A stretch of 64,000 nucleotides of DNA from Clostridia bacterium (GTDB taxonomy: Bacteria > Bacillota > Clostridia > UMGS1840), in assembly GCA_045540295.1 (NCBI GenBank), contig JAZQGY010000015.1, forward strand, positions 523-64,522, written 5' to 3'. The notes under the pieces are model-generated. The model saw nothing but the letters and a program-made list of their open reading frames with translations. It did not search any database and was not told where the DNA came from. Positions 27,656-38,825 of this stretch are shown one piece after another (within the stretch, counting starts at the first letter, position 1; each line of letters opens with the position of its first letter). The translations under genes and the position numbers were made by a program.

Positions 27656-28136
27656 CGTCCGCAACCTGCGAGAGAATCTCTTTTTCACGACCTCGCATCA
27701 CAACCTTATCCTCCTCCACCATATGGTCATAACCAAATAAATGGAGTAAGCCGTGAAGGGTTAAATAGCATAATTCCCGCTGGTAGGTGTGACCGTATTC
27801 CTCTGCCTGGGACGCAATTTTCTCATGGGAAAGCATTAAATCCCCCAGCACCACCAAACCGGTCTCGGGATCGTAATCGTATTCTTGCAGCTCTTCTGCC
27901 AGAACTTCAGGTTCTTGATAAAATAACATGGGAAAAGACAACACATCAGTAGGCTTATCAATGTCTCGTTGCTCACGGTTAATCTGACGGATGGTTTCAT
28001 TATCCGTCACCGTGACGGTTAAAAGAACCTCAAATTCGGGATTTATAATGTCCAGACACCGATTTAAAAATGCGGTCAGTTCTTCTTCTTGGGAGAACAC
28101 GTCCTCCACTTCGTTATAAAACTCTATTTTATGCAT
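27648..28136 (-). CDS. ybeY: rRNA maturation RNase YbeY
   Basis: HGLLHLFGYDH metal motif. Start at ATG 28136; the track extension would overlap degV. Confidence 0.88.
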   Translation of the reverse strand: MHKIEFYNEVEDVFSQEEELTAFLNRCLDIINPEFEVLLTVTVTDNETIRQINREQRDIDKPTDVLSFPMLFYQEPEVLAEELQEYDYDPETGLVVLGDLMLSHEKIASQAEEYGHTYQRELCYLTLHGLLHLFGYDHMVEEDKVVMRGREKEILSQVADGL

Positions 28137-28146
28137 GGTAAACCTC

Positions 28147-29025
28147 TTAGTAAAGCACCTGCTGATTCCGTTTTTCACCTAAATAGCAAATCCCCACAAC
28201 TTCGGGACCTGCATTAATCACGATACAGGGGCCAATCAGCACGGTTTCCAACGGTTTTTCCTTGATGGTATCTTTGGCAAGCTTCATAAAATCCTTGCCG
28301 TCGTTCTTCCCGTGAAGCAGGATATATTTCTTGTCGGCTCCCATTCGTTCTGCCCCAATTTTGCAAAGCGTGTCCATAGCTTTGGGAATGCCTCGGACCT
28401 TCTGGCTGGTCACGGAATCTCCACCCGTTAAACACATAATGGGTTTAATCCCCAAAAGCTCTCCCGCAATGGCTGCTGCTCCGCCGATTCTGCCTGATTT
28501 TTTTGCATACTTCAAATCGTAAACGGTGAAGTACACTTCCAGACGGGTAAACCAGTCCTCCAGATAATTTAAAATAATTTCGGCAGGCTTGCCCTCTTTT
28601 GCCATTTTTGCCGCCGCAATCACTGGGTAACCGTAGCAATAGCTGTAAGAACCTGTATCCACCACGGTAATTTTCATTTTGCAGTCGGGCATGTCGCCGT
28701 AAAACATCTGGCGTGCCAGCTGGGCAGAATTATTGGTGGAAGAAGCCTTTCCGTTGATGGTAACGATAATCAGATCGGTCACATCGTCTTTGTATGCCGC
28801 TTTAATGGCATCTAAAAATTCAAAGGGAGGAATCTGTGCCGTGGTGGGAATTTCATCCCCATCGGGCAGAAGATTATAAAATTCCTCTTTGGTAAAATCG
28901 TAGGCTTCTTTATATTCTTTCTGATTCATGGTAATGGTCATGGGAAGCAACTGAATATCGTATTTTTGCGCAGTTTTTAAGTCGATATCACTTGCGGTGT
29001 CCACACAAATTCTGATGTTTGCCAT
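28147..29025 (-). CDS. DegV family fatty-acid-binding protein
   Basis: ICVDTASDI, TTAQIPP and an SGRIGGAAA-type C-terminal motif. Confidence 0.85.
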   Translation of the reverse strand: MANIRICVDTASDIDLKTAQKYDIQLLPMTITMNQKEYKEAYDFTKEEFYNLLPDGDEIPTTAQIPPFEFLDAIKAAYKDDVTDLIIVTINGKASSTNNSAQLARQMFYGDMPDCKMKITVVDTGSYSYCYGYPVIAAAKMAKEGKPAEIILNYLEDWFTRLEVYFTVYDLKYAKKSGRIGGAAAIAGELLGIKPIMCLTGGDSVTSQKVRGIPKAMDTLCKIGAERMGADKKYILLHGKNDGKDFMKLAKDTIKEKPLETVLIGPCIVINAGPEVVGICYLGEKRNQQVLY

Positions 29026-29240
29026 GTGCAGTTCTCTCCTTTTAAGAATCGGGATGTTTTATGATAATCCACAGTATATTATACTATAGATTTTCTAAAA
29101 TAGCAAGATGATTTTAAAATTTTTTTGGGCAACCGGGACAAACATTTTCACCTTTTTCAAAAAAATGGTTGAATTTTTGGGAAAACTATAGTATAATGAA
29201 GAGAAATCACAGATTTGATATCAGGAAAGGCGTGTTGATT

Positions 29241-30305
29241 ATGGAAATCACAATTACCAGAACCCAAACTCCCAAACAGAAACCCGACCAGTCCAACTTA
29301 GGCTTCGGTAAAATTTTTACCGACCATATGTTTGAAATGGAATATACCGAAGGAATCGGCTGGCACGATGCTAAAATCCTTCCCGTACATAATTTGAGCC
29401 TCCATCCTGCCTGCATGGTGTTCCACTACGGTCAGGAAATGTTTGAAGGCTTAAAAGCTTACCGCGGAAAAGATGGAAAAGTGCGTCTGTTCCGTCCCGA
29501 AATGAACGCAAAAAGAACCAACAACACCAATGACCGTCTCTGTATTCCCCACATTCCCGTGGAAGATTTTGTGGAAGCGGTAAAAGCTGTGGTAAAAGTG
29601 GATGAAGACTGGATTCCCACCGCAGACGGTACTTCTTTATACATCCGTCCCTTTATTATTGCAACCGACGAATTTTTAGGGGTTGCACCCTCTAAAACCT
29701 ACAAATTTATGATTATTCTGTCTCCCTCCGGTGCATACTACGCAAGCGGTTTGGCTCCCGTTGGCATCTGGATTGAAGACGAATACGTGCGTGCCGTAAA
29801 AGGCGGTATCGGCTTTGCCAAAACCGGCGGGAACTATGCTGCATCCTTAGCAGCTCAGGTAAAAGCTCACGATGACGGCTATTCCCAGGTATTATGGTTA
29901 GACGGTGTGGAACGAAAATACATTGAAGAAGTTGGCGCAATGAACATCTTCTTTAAAATTGACGGCAAAATTGTGACTCCTGCCTTAAACGGTTCTATTT
30001 TACCCGGTGTTACCCGTGACAGCGTAATCGCACTGTGTAAAAAAATGGGTCTGCCTGTGGAAGAAAGAAAAATCAGCGCAGAAGAACTGATTGCTGCTCA
30101 GAAAGCAGGAAAACTGGAAGAATGTTTCGGTTCCGGTACTGCAGCGGTAATTTCTCCTGTTGGCAAACTCCGTTACCAGAACGATGTAATGATTATCAAC
30201 AACAACGAAATCGGTCCCGTATCCCAGAAATTATACGATACCATCACCGGTATCCAGTGGGGTAAAATTGAAGACGATATGGGATGGACTGTGGAAGTGA
30301 AATAA
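29241..30305 (+). CDS. ilvE: Branched-chain amino acid aminotransferase
   Basis: FEGLKAYR, YIRPF, AKTGGNYAASL and GTAA motifs. Start at ATG 29241, behind AGGAAAGG. Confidence 0.88.
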   Translation: MEITITRTQTPKQKPDQSNLGFGKIFTDHMFEMEYTEGIGWHDAKILPVHNLSLHPACMVFHYGQEMFEGLKAYRGKDGKVRLFRPEMNAKRTNNTNDRLCIPHIPVEDFVEAVKAVVKVDEDWIPTADGTSLYIRPFIIATDEFLGVAPSKTYKFMIILSPSGAYYASGLAPVGIWIEDEYVRAVKGGIGFAKTGGNYAASLAAQVKAHDDGYSQVLWLDGVERKYIEEVGAMNIFFKIDGKIVTPALNGSILPGVTRDSVIALCKKMGLPVEERKISAEELIAAQKAGKLEECFGSGTAAVISPVGKLRYQNDVMIINNNEIGPVSQKLYDTITGIQWGKIEDDMGWTVEVK

Positions 30306-30404
30306 GTCCGGGCGGTTCCCTTAAGATACCAAAAAGCACAGGCACCAAAAAAATTCTGTGTTTTCCGATACCAAAAGAACCAAAAAAATCAGGAGTGTAG
30401 AGTT

Positions 30405-30965
30405 ATGCAGGTAAACGGCTTTAAAAAATCCATGTTCGGCGGCCTTAAAAAAGAGGAAGTGCTTTCCTATTTGGAGCAGATGTCCCGTGATGTGGAAGCA
30501 AAAATCCGCAATAAGGATGACGATATTCGTGAGCTGAAAAAGGAAGTTTCCGATAAAACAAACACCATTTCGGAATTAAAACAGCAGCTGGAAGATCAGA
30601 GGGCGTCCTACGAAGAAAAACTTGCCAACGAGCAAAAGGAAGCTGCCCAAAATTTGGAGCGCCTTCGTGAAGAATTCCGTAAGGAAAAAGAAGAAATGCA
30701 GGAAAAATTAAGCGACCTGAAGGCTCAGTTTACCTTGGAAAAGGAAAAAATCGGCCGTGCTTTGGTCACCGCAGAGGAAGCGGCAAACAAAATTCTTGCC
30801 GATGCAGGCAAAGAAGCCGACGAAATGATTGCCGAAGCCAAACGGAAAGTAGATGTGGAAAAAGAGCGCTACAAAAAACAAAAGGCAGATGTGACCGATT
30901 TTACCTATGATATTAAGAAGTTAATGGAAAAATTATCATCCGACTTAAAAGAACGTTTGGAATAA
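30405..30965 (+). CDS. DivIVA-like coiled-coil protein
   Basis: N-terminus FKKSMFGGLKKEEVLSYLEQM followed by an extended charged heptad-rich coiled coil. Confidence 0.5.
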   Translation: MQVNGFKKSMFGGLKKEEVLSYLEQMSRDVEAKIRNKDDDIRELKKEVSDKTNTISELKQQLEDQRASYEEKLANEQKEAAQNLERLREEFRKEKEEMQEKLSDLKAQFTLEKEKIGRALVTAEEAANKILADAGKEADEMIAEAKRKVDVEKERYKKQKADVTDFTYDIKKLMEKLSSDLKERLE

Positions 30966-30977
30966 TCGTTCTCTTGC

Positions 30978-31084
30978 GGCTTGACAAAAGGCGCAGAACC
31001 GTTAAACCTCATCACTCGGTAGGCCTTCGGATGACCCCTGTGGGTTCGGTTTTCCAATTCTGCATCCTTTTCTCTGCACCTTAC
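30978..31084 (+). repeat. R1 modular 3'UTR element (copy with the compensated AAAAGG/CCTTTT arms)
   Basis: GGCTTGACAAAAGGCGCAGAAC..AACCTCATCACTCGG..CTTCGG..GACCCCtgtGGGTT..ATTCTGCATCCTTTTCTCTGCACCTTAC. A terminator, AGGCAT..ATGCCTTTT, follows. Confidence 0.8.
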
Positions 31085-31186
31085 ATTTTTGTATGATATA
31101 GAAGGCATGGGATTTCCTATGCCTTTTCTTTTTTAGATAGATGTTCTTTTTCTTTGTTGCCAAAGAAAAGAATTTTTTAAAAATTC

Positions 31187-31215
31187 TTGCAAAATCGGTT
31201 TCGCTGTGTTATACT
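31187..31215 (+). promoter_or_regulatory. Sigma-A promoter (TTGCAA-17-TATACT) for gpsA
   Basis: TTGCAA at 31187-31192 and TATACT at 31210-31215. Confidence 0.7.
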
Positions 31216-31240
31216 GATAGTTGGAAAGGTGTTGATTGTT

Positions 31241-32239
31241 GTGAGTCGTATCGCAATTTTAGGCTCCGGCAGTTGGGGCTGTGCCCTTGCACATACATTA
31301 TCCGGACGTAATGATGTAATCATCTGGTCTTTTTTCCCGGCGGAAACTGAAGAATTAACCCGTTATCGGGAAAACAGAAAGTTTTTGCCCGGTGTGATAT
31401 TAGAAGAACCGATTTCTTTTACAAATGATATCAAAGAAGCAGTGGCAGACGCGGATTTTATCGTGTTTGCAGTGCCGTCTTTTGCGATTCGTTCCACGGC
31501 GAAAACCGTGGCTCCCTTATTCCAACCCGAAAAGCAGATCGCTGTTTGTGTTGCAAAGGGGCTGGAGGAGGATACCCTTTTTACCTTATCAGAAGTAATT
31601 ACCGATGAATTACCCAAAGGCAGCCATGTTTGTGCTTTATCGGGACCTACTCACGCAGAAGAAGTGGGGCGGGATCTTCCCACCACCATTGTGGCGGCTT
31701 GTCCCCAAGAAGAGGTATCGTTGGCTGTGCAATATGCCTTTATGAATGAAAAATTCCGTGTGTATACCTCCACCGACAGTAAGGGTGTGGAGCTTGGCGG
31801 CACGGTAAAAAATATCATTGCCCTTTGCGCCGGCATTTCCGACGGTTGCGGTTTTGGTGACAATGCCAAAGCGGCGCTGATGACCCGCGGAATGTATGAA
31901 ATCGCCAAATTGGGTGTGGCAATGGGCGGCAAAGTGGAAACCTTTTACGGGCTGTCCGGTATGGGTGATTTAATTGTTACCTGCACCAGTATGCATTCCA
32001 GAAACCGCCGTTGCGGGATGTTAATCGGTCAGGGAATGAGTCCCAAAAACGCTATGGACGAAGTGAATATGGTAGTGGAAGGCATCAAATGCTTAAAAGC
32101 CGTGTATAAAGCCTCCCAGAAGTTCAAGGTTTCTATGCCGATTATCAGCGAAGCTTATCAGATTGTATACGAAGGGAAAAATCCCAAGGAATCCGCCATC
32201 GGGTTAATGAACCGTGATAAAAAGGCGGAACGCTCCTAA
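31241..32239 (+). CDS. gpsA: NAD(P)H-dependent glycerol-3-phosphate dehydrogenase
   Basis: IAILGSGSWG, GPTHAEEV and NRRCG motifs. The GTG 31241 start is inferred from the position of GGAAAGGTG. Confidence 0.85.
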   Translation: MSRIAILGSGSWGCALAHTLSGRNDVIIWSFFPAETEELTRYRENRKFLPGVILEEPISFTNDIKEAVADADFIVFAVPSFAIRSTAKTVAPLFQPEKQIAVCVAKGLEEDTLFTLSEVITDELPKGSHVCALSGPTHAEEVGRDLPTTIVAACPQEEVSLAVQYAFMNEKFRVYTSTDSKGVELGGTVKNIIALCAGISDGCGFGDNAKAALMTRGMYEIAKLGVAMGGKVETFYGLSGMGDLIVTCTSMHSRNRRCGMLIGQGMSPKNAMDEVNMVVEGIKCLKAVYKASQKFKVSMPIISEAYQIVYEGKNPKESAIGLMNRDKKAERS

Positions 32240-32273
32240 AAATATCCAAGAAAGAACGGTGTAACCGTGCGGG

Positions 32274-33224
32274 GTGATCGAAATGTACAGCATTTATAAA
32301 TCCTTTGACGGAAAAATTCAGCAGATTTCAGCACTTGAAAAGGACTGCTGGATTAATTTCGTTGATCCTGACGATAAGGACACCCGTTTTCTGACCCAGG
32401 AACTTGGCATTGACCCTGATTTTATTCGTTCCTCCTTGGACGAAGAAGAAATGTCACGTGTTGAAACCGACGATAACGGCACCACCTTAATCATCGTGGA
32501 TATCCCTGCTCCCGAAAAAGAGGAGCACGTAGGGAACACCATTTTGTTTGAAACGCTGCCTTTATCCATTATTTTACACAAAGATTATATCATCACCATT
32601 TGCAACGATGAAACCGCAATTTTAAAAGCGTTTACCGATGGCGTAGTCAAACAGGTACATACTTATATGAAGACCCGTTTCATCCTGCAGATTTTATACC
32701 GTGTGGCAAGTAAATACCTGTTTTACTTAAAACAGATTGATAAAATTTCAAGCTATGTGGAACGGCAGTTGCACCGTTCCATGAAGAATAAAGAGTTAAT
32801 TCAGTTATTGGATTTGGAAAAATCTCTGGTATTCTTCTCCACCTCCCTGAAGGCAAACGAAATCACCATGCAGAAAATCCGTCGGGGAAAATTTATCCGT
32901 TTGTATGAAGAAGACGAAGACCTTTTGGAAGATGTGTTAATTGAAACCAACCAGGCAATTGAAATGGCAAGTATTCATTCCAACATTTTGTCGGGAATGA
33001 TGGATGCTTTTGCTTCGGTTATTTCCAACAACTTAAACATTGTAATGAAGGTGCTGGCATCCGTCACCATCCTGATGGCGATTCCAAACATCGTTACCTC
33101 TTTTTACGGTATGAACATCCAAGGCGGTATTCCCCTGGACCAGTTCTGGTGGTTCCCTCTGGTAATTTCCGTGGTTGCCATCTGTGCGGCTGCGTGGATT
33201 TTAATTAAAAAAGATATGCTCTAG
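32274..33224 (+). CDS. corA: CorA-family magnesium/cobalt transporter
   Basis: YGMN signature (SFYGMNIQGG) before the last TM helix. The start could be GTG 32274 or ATG 32283. Confidence 0.85.
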   Translation: MIEMYSIYKSFDGKIQQISALEKDCWINFVDPDDKDTRFLTQELGIDPDFIRSSLDEEEMSRVETDDNGTTLIIVDIPAPEKEEHVGNTILFETLPLSIILHKDYIITICNDETAILKAFTDGVVKQVHTYMKTRFILQILYRVASKYLFYLKQIDKISSYVERQLHRSMKNKELIQLLDLEKSLVFFSTSLKANEITMQKIRRGKFIRLYEEDEDLLEDVLIETNQAIEMASIHSNILSGMMDAFASVISNNLNIVMKVLASVTILMAIPNIVTSFYGMNIQGGIPLDQFWWFPLVISVVAICAAAWILIKKDML

Positions 33225-33282
33225 GTCGTAATCCTTCATTCTATCGGCTCCATTCGTACGGTAAAAATCGAAAAAACCATCC

Positions 33283-33308
33283 AAAACCCTTGATTTTCAA
33301 GGGTTTTT
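33283..33308 (+). terminator. Intrinsic terminator after corA
   Basis: AAAACCCTTGA ttt TCAAGGGTTTT. Confidence 0.8.
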
Positions 33309-33363
33309 GCATAAACAGAAAAATCACGAAAAATTTACTGAAAAAAGGAATTTTTTTACAAAA

Positions 33364-34668
33364 ATGAAAACTTTTCGCATCGTCACCTTAGGGTGCAAGG
33401 TAAATCAGTATGAATCAGAAGCTTTGGCACAGCAATTCCAACAAGCGGGCTACCGTCCTGCCAAAAAGGGAGAGGCTGCGTCTGTTTCCGTTGTAAATAC
33501 CTGCTCGGTAACCAATATGAGTGACCGAAAATCCCGAAAGCTGATTCGCCAATGCACAAAGGACAGCGACTTTGTTGCCGTTTGCGGCTGCTATGCCCAG
33601 GCAAAACCGGAGGAAGCTGCCCAAATCGAAGGTGTAGACTTGGTTATCGGAAACGGGGATAAACACCGTCTCTTCAGCAAAATCGAAGCAAAACTGCTAT
33701 CAAAGGAAATGGAAAAAATTTTCATTTCTGATTTAACGGCAGAAACTTCTTTTGATAAAGAACCTATCACGAACTATCGGGAAAAAACAAGAGCCATTTT
33801 AAAAATTCAGGACGGTTGCAATTCTTTCTGCTCTTATTGTATCATTCCTTATGTGAGAGGTCGGCTAAGAAGCCGAAATCCCTTGGAAATCCTGGAAGAA
33901 GCGAAGGCACTTGCCCAAAACGGATACCAAGAAATTGTGCTGGCAGGGATTCACGTTTGTAAATACGGAGCTGATTCTTCCGGCAATTCTCCCATCCGGG
34001 ATTTAACGGATTTACTGATAGAATTAGAAAAAATTGACGGGATTTGTCGAATCCGTTTAAGCTCAATCGAACCATTTGCATTCCACGAGAAGTTTTTTAC
34101 CTATTATAAAGATTCCAAAAAGCTTTGCCCGTCTTTTCATATCTCGCTACAAAGTGGCTCAGATATCATATTAAAAAAAATGAATCGGCATTACAGTGCA
34201 GAATACTATCAAAAAACTGTGGAAACTTTGCGGAAAATCAAGCCGGAAACCACGGTGACCACCGATGTAATTGTGGGATTCCCCGGGGAAGGGGAAGAAG
34301 AATTTCAGGAAACTCTTACCCTGATCAAAAAAGTGGGCTTTTTAAAAGTGCATACTTTTCCGTATTCCAGACGCTCCGGCACCGTGGCTGATGCCATGCC
34401 GGACCAGATTCCCCAAAATATCAAGGAGATTCGCAGCAAAGTGGTGTTAGAGCTGTCGAATCAGCAAGAGAAAGCAGTCTTAACAAACTTTATCGGAAAA
34501 CCCTTATTGGTTCTGGCAGAGGAAGAAAAACAGGGCGGTATGTACGGACTCAGCGAAAATCACCTTCCTGTGATTCTGGAAGGTGAAGGAATTTTAGAAA
34601 ACCGCATTTACCAAGTAACTCCCAACCGCACGGACGGAATGTTTCTTTATGCAAAAGTTTCCCAATAA
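33364..34668 (+). CDS. mtaB: tRNA t6A37 methylthiotransferase MtaB (radical SAM)
   Basis: TLGCKVNQYESE at the N-terminus. Radical-SAM CNSFCSYC. Start at ATG 33364. Confidence 0.85.
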   Translation: MKTFRIVTLGCKVNQYESEALAQQFQQAGYRPAKKGEAASVSVVNTCSVTNMSDRKSRKLIRQCTKDSDFVAVCGCYAQAKPEEAAQIEGVDLVIGNGDKHRLFSKIEAKLLSKEMEKIFISDLTAETSFDKEPITNYREKTRAILKIQDGCNSFCSYCIIPYVRGRLRSRNPLEILEEAKALAQNGYQEIVLAGIHVCKYGADSSGNSPIRDLTDLLIELEKIDGICRIRLSSIEPFAFHEKFFTYYKDSKKLCPSFHISLQSGSDIILKKMNRHYSAEYYQKTVETLRKIKPETTVTTDVIVGFPGEGEEEFQETLTLIKKVGFLKVHTFPYSRRSGTVADAMPDQIPQNIKEIRSKVVLELSNQQEKAVLTNFIGKPLLVLAEEEKQGGMYGLSENHLPVILEGEGILENRIYQVTPNRTDGMFLYAKVSQ

Positions 34669-34675
34669 CAACATC

Positions 34676-34712
34676 AAAAAAGCACGAAATCCCTTGAGAT
34701 TTCGTGCTTTTT
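34676..34712. terminator. Bidirectional terminator between convergent genes
   Basis: AAGCACGAAATC ccttga GATTTCGTGCTT, flanked by A- and T-runs. Confidence 0.8.
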
Positions 34713-34718
34713 AATATA

Positions 34719-34952
34719 TTATTCCTTTTTACCCAACCGACGGAAACAGCAATCTAAAAAAACTGCCCCCCATACACCCTGACTAACCAATATCACCGAA
34801 AGAATCAAAAGATACCTGGCAGCCGAAATATTCTGAAAAGCTCCCGCAACCAATATACCAACCAATATCAGAAGAATTGCTGCCCGAAAAAACCATCGGA
34901 GTAAAACAACACACCGTTTTTCCACGGTTTTTAATGCCTCTCTCATCTTCAT
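34719..34952 (-). CDS. Small two-TM membrane protein, unknown function
   Basis: 77 aa with two hydrophobic helices. GGGAGG lies upstream of the ATG. Confidence 0.5.
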   Translation of the reverse strand: MKMREALKTVEKRCVVLLRWFFRAAILLILVGILVAGAFQNISAARYLLILSVILVSQGVWGAVFLDCCFRRLGKKE

Positions 34953-35011
34953 ACAATCCTCATACCTCCCATTATTACTTCATGTATCAGACTTTTCAGG
35001 TTCCTTAAAAA

Positions 35012-35027
35012 TGTTCCACGGGGAACA
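35012..35027. promoter_or_regulatory. parS site 1 (TGTTCCACGGGGAACA)
   Basis: 16-bp near-palindrome matching the Firmicute parS consensus TGTTNCACGTGAAACA at 13 of 16 positions. Confidence 0.8.
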
Positions 35028-35153
35028 ATTTTAAAAGAAAGAACCGTCTTCATAAAAAATTTATTTTTTTATGAAAAACTATAGACTTTTTTGCCGTATT
35101 GTGATACAATAATCGGTACCCACCTATTTTTTAGATGGAAAATGTGCCGTTTT

Positions 35154-35169
35154 TGTTCCACGGGGAACA
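35154..35169. promoter_or_regulatory. parS site 2 (TGTTCCACGGGGAACA)
   Basis: Identical 16-mer. Confidence 0.8.
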
Positions 35170-35199
35170 ATTTTGGCAGAAATTACATAAAAAGCAGGA

Positions 35200-35215
35200 T
35201 GTTCCACGGGGAACA
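35200..35215. promoter_or_regulatory. parS site 3 (TGTTCCACGGGGAACA)
   Basis: Identical 16-mer, 45 nt upstream of the parA start. Confidence 0.8.
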
Positions 35216-35259
35216 TTTGAGATTTTTACATACTGTGTATCACAGGAAAGGGCAAAAAA

Positions 35260-36024
35260 ATGGGAAAAATTATTGCAGTTGCCAATCAGAAGGGCGGCGT
35301 TGGAAAAACCACTTCCGCCATTAATATTGCGGCTTGCTTAGGGCATTTTGGCAAAAAGGTTCTGCTCATTGATGCTGACCCCCAGGGAAATGCAACCAGC
35401 GGCGTAGGCGTGGATAAGGAAAGTGTGGAAACCTCTTTCTACGATGTGCTGATCGGAAACGAGCCCATCGAAAAATCTGTTATTGCAACCAACTTCAAAA
35501 ATCTTTGGGTCTGCCCTTGCAACATTGAACTGGCAGGCGCTGAGGTGGAACTGGTAGGAGTAAATGACCGTGAATTTCAGTTTTCCAAGTCATTAGAACC
35601 CATTCGGAATGTGTATGATTTCGTGATTGTGGACTGTCCGCCCTCATTGGGGTTAATCACCATCAACATTTTATCCGGTTCCGATTCCATTGTGATTCCG
35701 CTCCAGTGCGAATATTTTGCTTTGGAGGGACTCAGTCAGCTGATGAATACCCTAAGGAAAATTAAATCCCGTTACAATGAAGGCTTAGAGGTAGAAGGAG
35801 TTGTACTGACAATGTATGACGGCAGAACCAACTTAACCCTTCAGGTAGCAGGGGAAATTAAAAAGTATTTTGGAGAAAAGGTATTTAAATCACCGGTTCC
35901 CAGAAGTGTGCGATTGGGAGAAGCCCCCAGCTACGGAGAACCTATTTTATATTATGATAAACGTTCTCACTGCACAGAGGCCTATCTGAGAATCGCCCAG
36001 GATATTATAGATCACAACAAGTAA
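35260..36024 (+). CDS. parA: ParA/Soj chromosome partitioning ATPase
   Basis: Deviant Walker A: KGGVGKTT. Confidence 0.9.
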   Translation: MGKIIAVANQKGGVGKTTSAINIAACLGHFGKKVLLIDADPQGNATSGVGVDKESVETSFYDVLIGNEPIEKSVIATNFKNLWVCPCNIELAGAEVELVGVNDREFQFSKSLEPIRNVYDFVIVDCPPSLGLITINILSGSDSIVIPLQCEYFALEGLSQLMNTLRKIKSRYNEGLEVEGVVLTMYDGRTNLTLQVAGEIKKYFGEKVFKSPVPRSVRLGEAPSYGEPILYYDKRSHCTEAYLRIAQDIIDHNK

Positions 36025-36067
36025 TGCTGTTTTGCGGATAAAACAGGAAAAGAGAGGATATGAAACT

Positions 36068-36919
36068 ATGATGAAAAAAGGCGGACTTGGCCGGGGTCTT
36101 TCATCTTTGTTGGAAGAAAAGATTGAAACCGGTTCCGGACGCGTAAACGAGCTTTCCATTATGGATATTGAGCCCAATCCCGCACAGCCCAGAAAGGATT
36201 TTTCGGAAGAAGGCTTGCAGGCATTGGCAGATTCCATTGCGGAGGTGGGAGTATTATCTCCGATTTTAGTCAGACAAAAAGACAACGGTTTATATGAAAT
36301 TATTGCAGGAGAGCGCCGTTGGCGGGCTTCCAAATTGGCAGGAAAGAAGAAAATTCCCGCTATTGTGAAGGATTATAAAACAAAAGAAGTGATGGAAATT
36401 GCCTTAATTGAAAACCTTCAAAGGGAGGATTTAAACCCCTTGGAAGAAGCAATGGGCTACCAGACCTTAAAGGAACAGTTCGGATTAACCCAGGAAGAAA
36501 TCGCAAAACGGGTATCCAAAAGCCGTTCCACCGTTGCCAACATTTTAAGAATTTTAAATCTGCCGGATTTTGTGCTCCGGGAAATCAAGGCAGGGAAGGT
36601 AAGCTTAGGACATGCAAAAGCGCTTTCTTCCTTGGAATCAGATGAATCCAAAAAACTGCTCCTGTATGAAATTGTGAAAAATGAGATTTCCGTTCGGGAT
36701 GCGGAAGAGCTTGCGAAAAAGCTATCTCAGAAGAAACGTACCAACTTAATTAAAAAAACCTTGAAAAAAGACCCCAACCTGATTGAAGTGGAATCTCAGC
36801 TGACCAAAAAGTTTGGCACCAAGGTGCAAATTAAAAGCGGCAAAATCAAAAGCAAAATTGAGATCGAGTACTACTCACAGGATGACTTAAAACGAATCAT
36901 TGATACTTTTTTGGAGTAG
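36068..36919 (+). CDS. parB: ParB/Spo0J chromosome partitioning protein
   Basis: GLGRGLSSLL, IIAGERRWRA and an HTH (QEEIAKRVSKSRSTVANILRIL). Start at ATG 36068. Confidence 0.9.
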   Translation: MMKKGGLGRGLSSLLEEKIETGSGRVNELSIMDIEPNPAQPRKDFSEEGLQALADSIAEVGVLSPILVRQKDNGLYEIIAGERRWRASKLAGKKKIPAIVKDYKTKEVMEIALIENLQREDLNPLEEAMGYQTLKEQFGLTQEEIAKRVSKSRSTVANILRILNLPDFVLREIKAGKVSLGHAKALSSLESDESKKLLLYEIVKNEISVRDAEELAKKLSQKKRTNLIKKTLKKDPNLIEVESQLTKKFGTKVQIKSGKIKSKIEIEYYSQDDLKRIIDTFLE

Positions 36920-37013
36920 CCGAATTATTTCAAGATAGTTTCGGGATATTTTTCGGAAAACATACCATACAAAATAAGAAAAAGAACTGAAAAAATTGTA
37001 CCAAATATTGAGC

Positions 37014-37042
37014 TTGACGGCTCAAAAGCCATAAGATATAAT
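37014..37042 (+). promoter_or_regulatory. Sigma-A promoter (TTGACG-17-TATAAT) for serS
   Basis: TTGACG at 37014-37019 and TATAAT at 37037-37042. The leader is only about 40 nt, which leaves no room for a T-box. Confidence 0.75.
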
Positions 37043-37044
37043 AG

Positions 37045-38358
<1,314 letters not shown>

Positions 38359-38444
38359 TAAAGAATAAAAAAGTTGCGGTGGCAGGTTTTGCCTGCATGA
38401 CAATGCATCCAATCAGTGCCACCAATTCTGCTTTATTCTTGAAA

Positions 38445-38668
38445 CGACTTTGGATAGTGCCATACCAAAAATAATGGCGAGGTACTACCTATAAAGCTTC
38501 TGTATTCTTCGGATAGTGCCATACCAAAAACAACGGCGAGATACTGTGTATAAAGTTTTCTCAATCTTCAGATAGTGCCATACCAAAATAAAGGCGAGGT
38601 ACTACCTATAAAGTTTTCTCAATCTTCGGATAGTGCCATACCAAAAAAGTGGTATACCAAAAAAAGTC
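38445..38668 (+). repeat. Origin array U: 3.5 tandem units of 58-59 bp upstream of dnaA
   Basis: The core GGATAGTGCCATACCAAAAA starts at 38452, 38511, 38570 and 38628. The second half of each unit is GGCGAGGTACTACCTATAAAG. Confidence 0.88.
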
Positions 38669-38756
38669 AAGAGGCAAATGAAAAATAAAAAATATTATTA
38701 TGATAATTATTATGTAAACCATGAAATGTGAAAAACCTTAGGAATTATGGGAAAGG

Positions 38757-38801
38757 TTTTCCACATAAAATTGAAAAATATTCCACAAAAAATGTGGATA
38801 A
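38757..38801. promoter_or_regulatory. DnaA-box cluster upstream of dnaA
   Basis: TTTTCCACA at 38757, TATTCCACA at 38779, and a perfect TGTGGATAA at 38793-38801. Confidence 0.75.
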
Positions 38802-38825
38802 ATCCAAAAAATGAGGTGAAATCAC

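Noticed and set aside
29026-29240. A possible second origin at the strand-switch point, suggested by TAATCCACA at about 29070.
   Set aside because: There is only one near-consensus DnaA box and no cluster or repeats. The region is adequately explained as a divergent promoter region for degV and ilvE.
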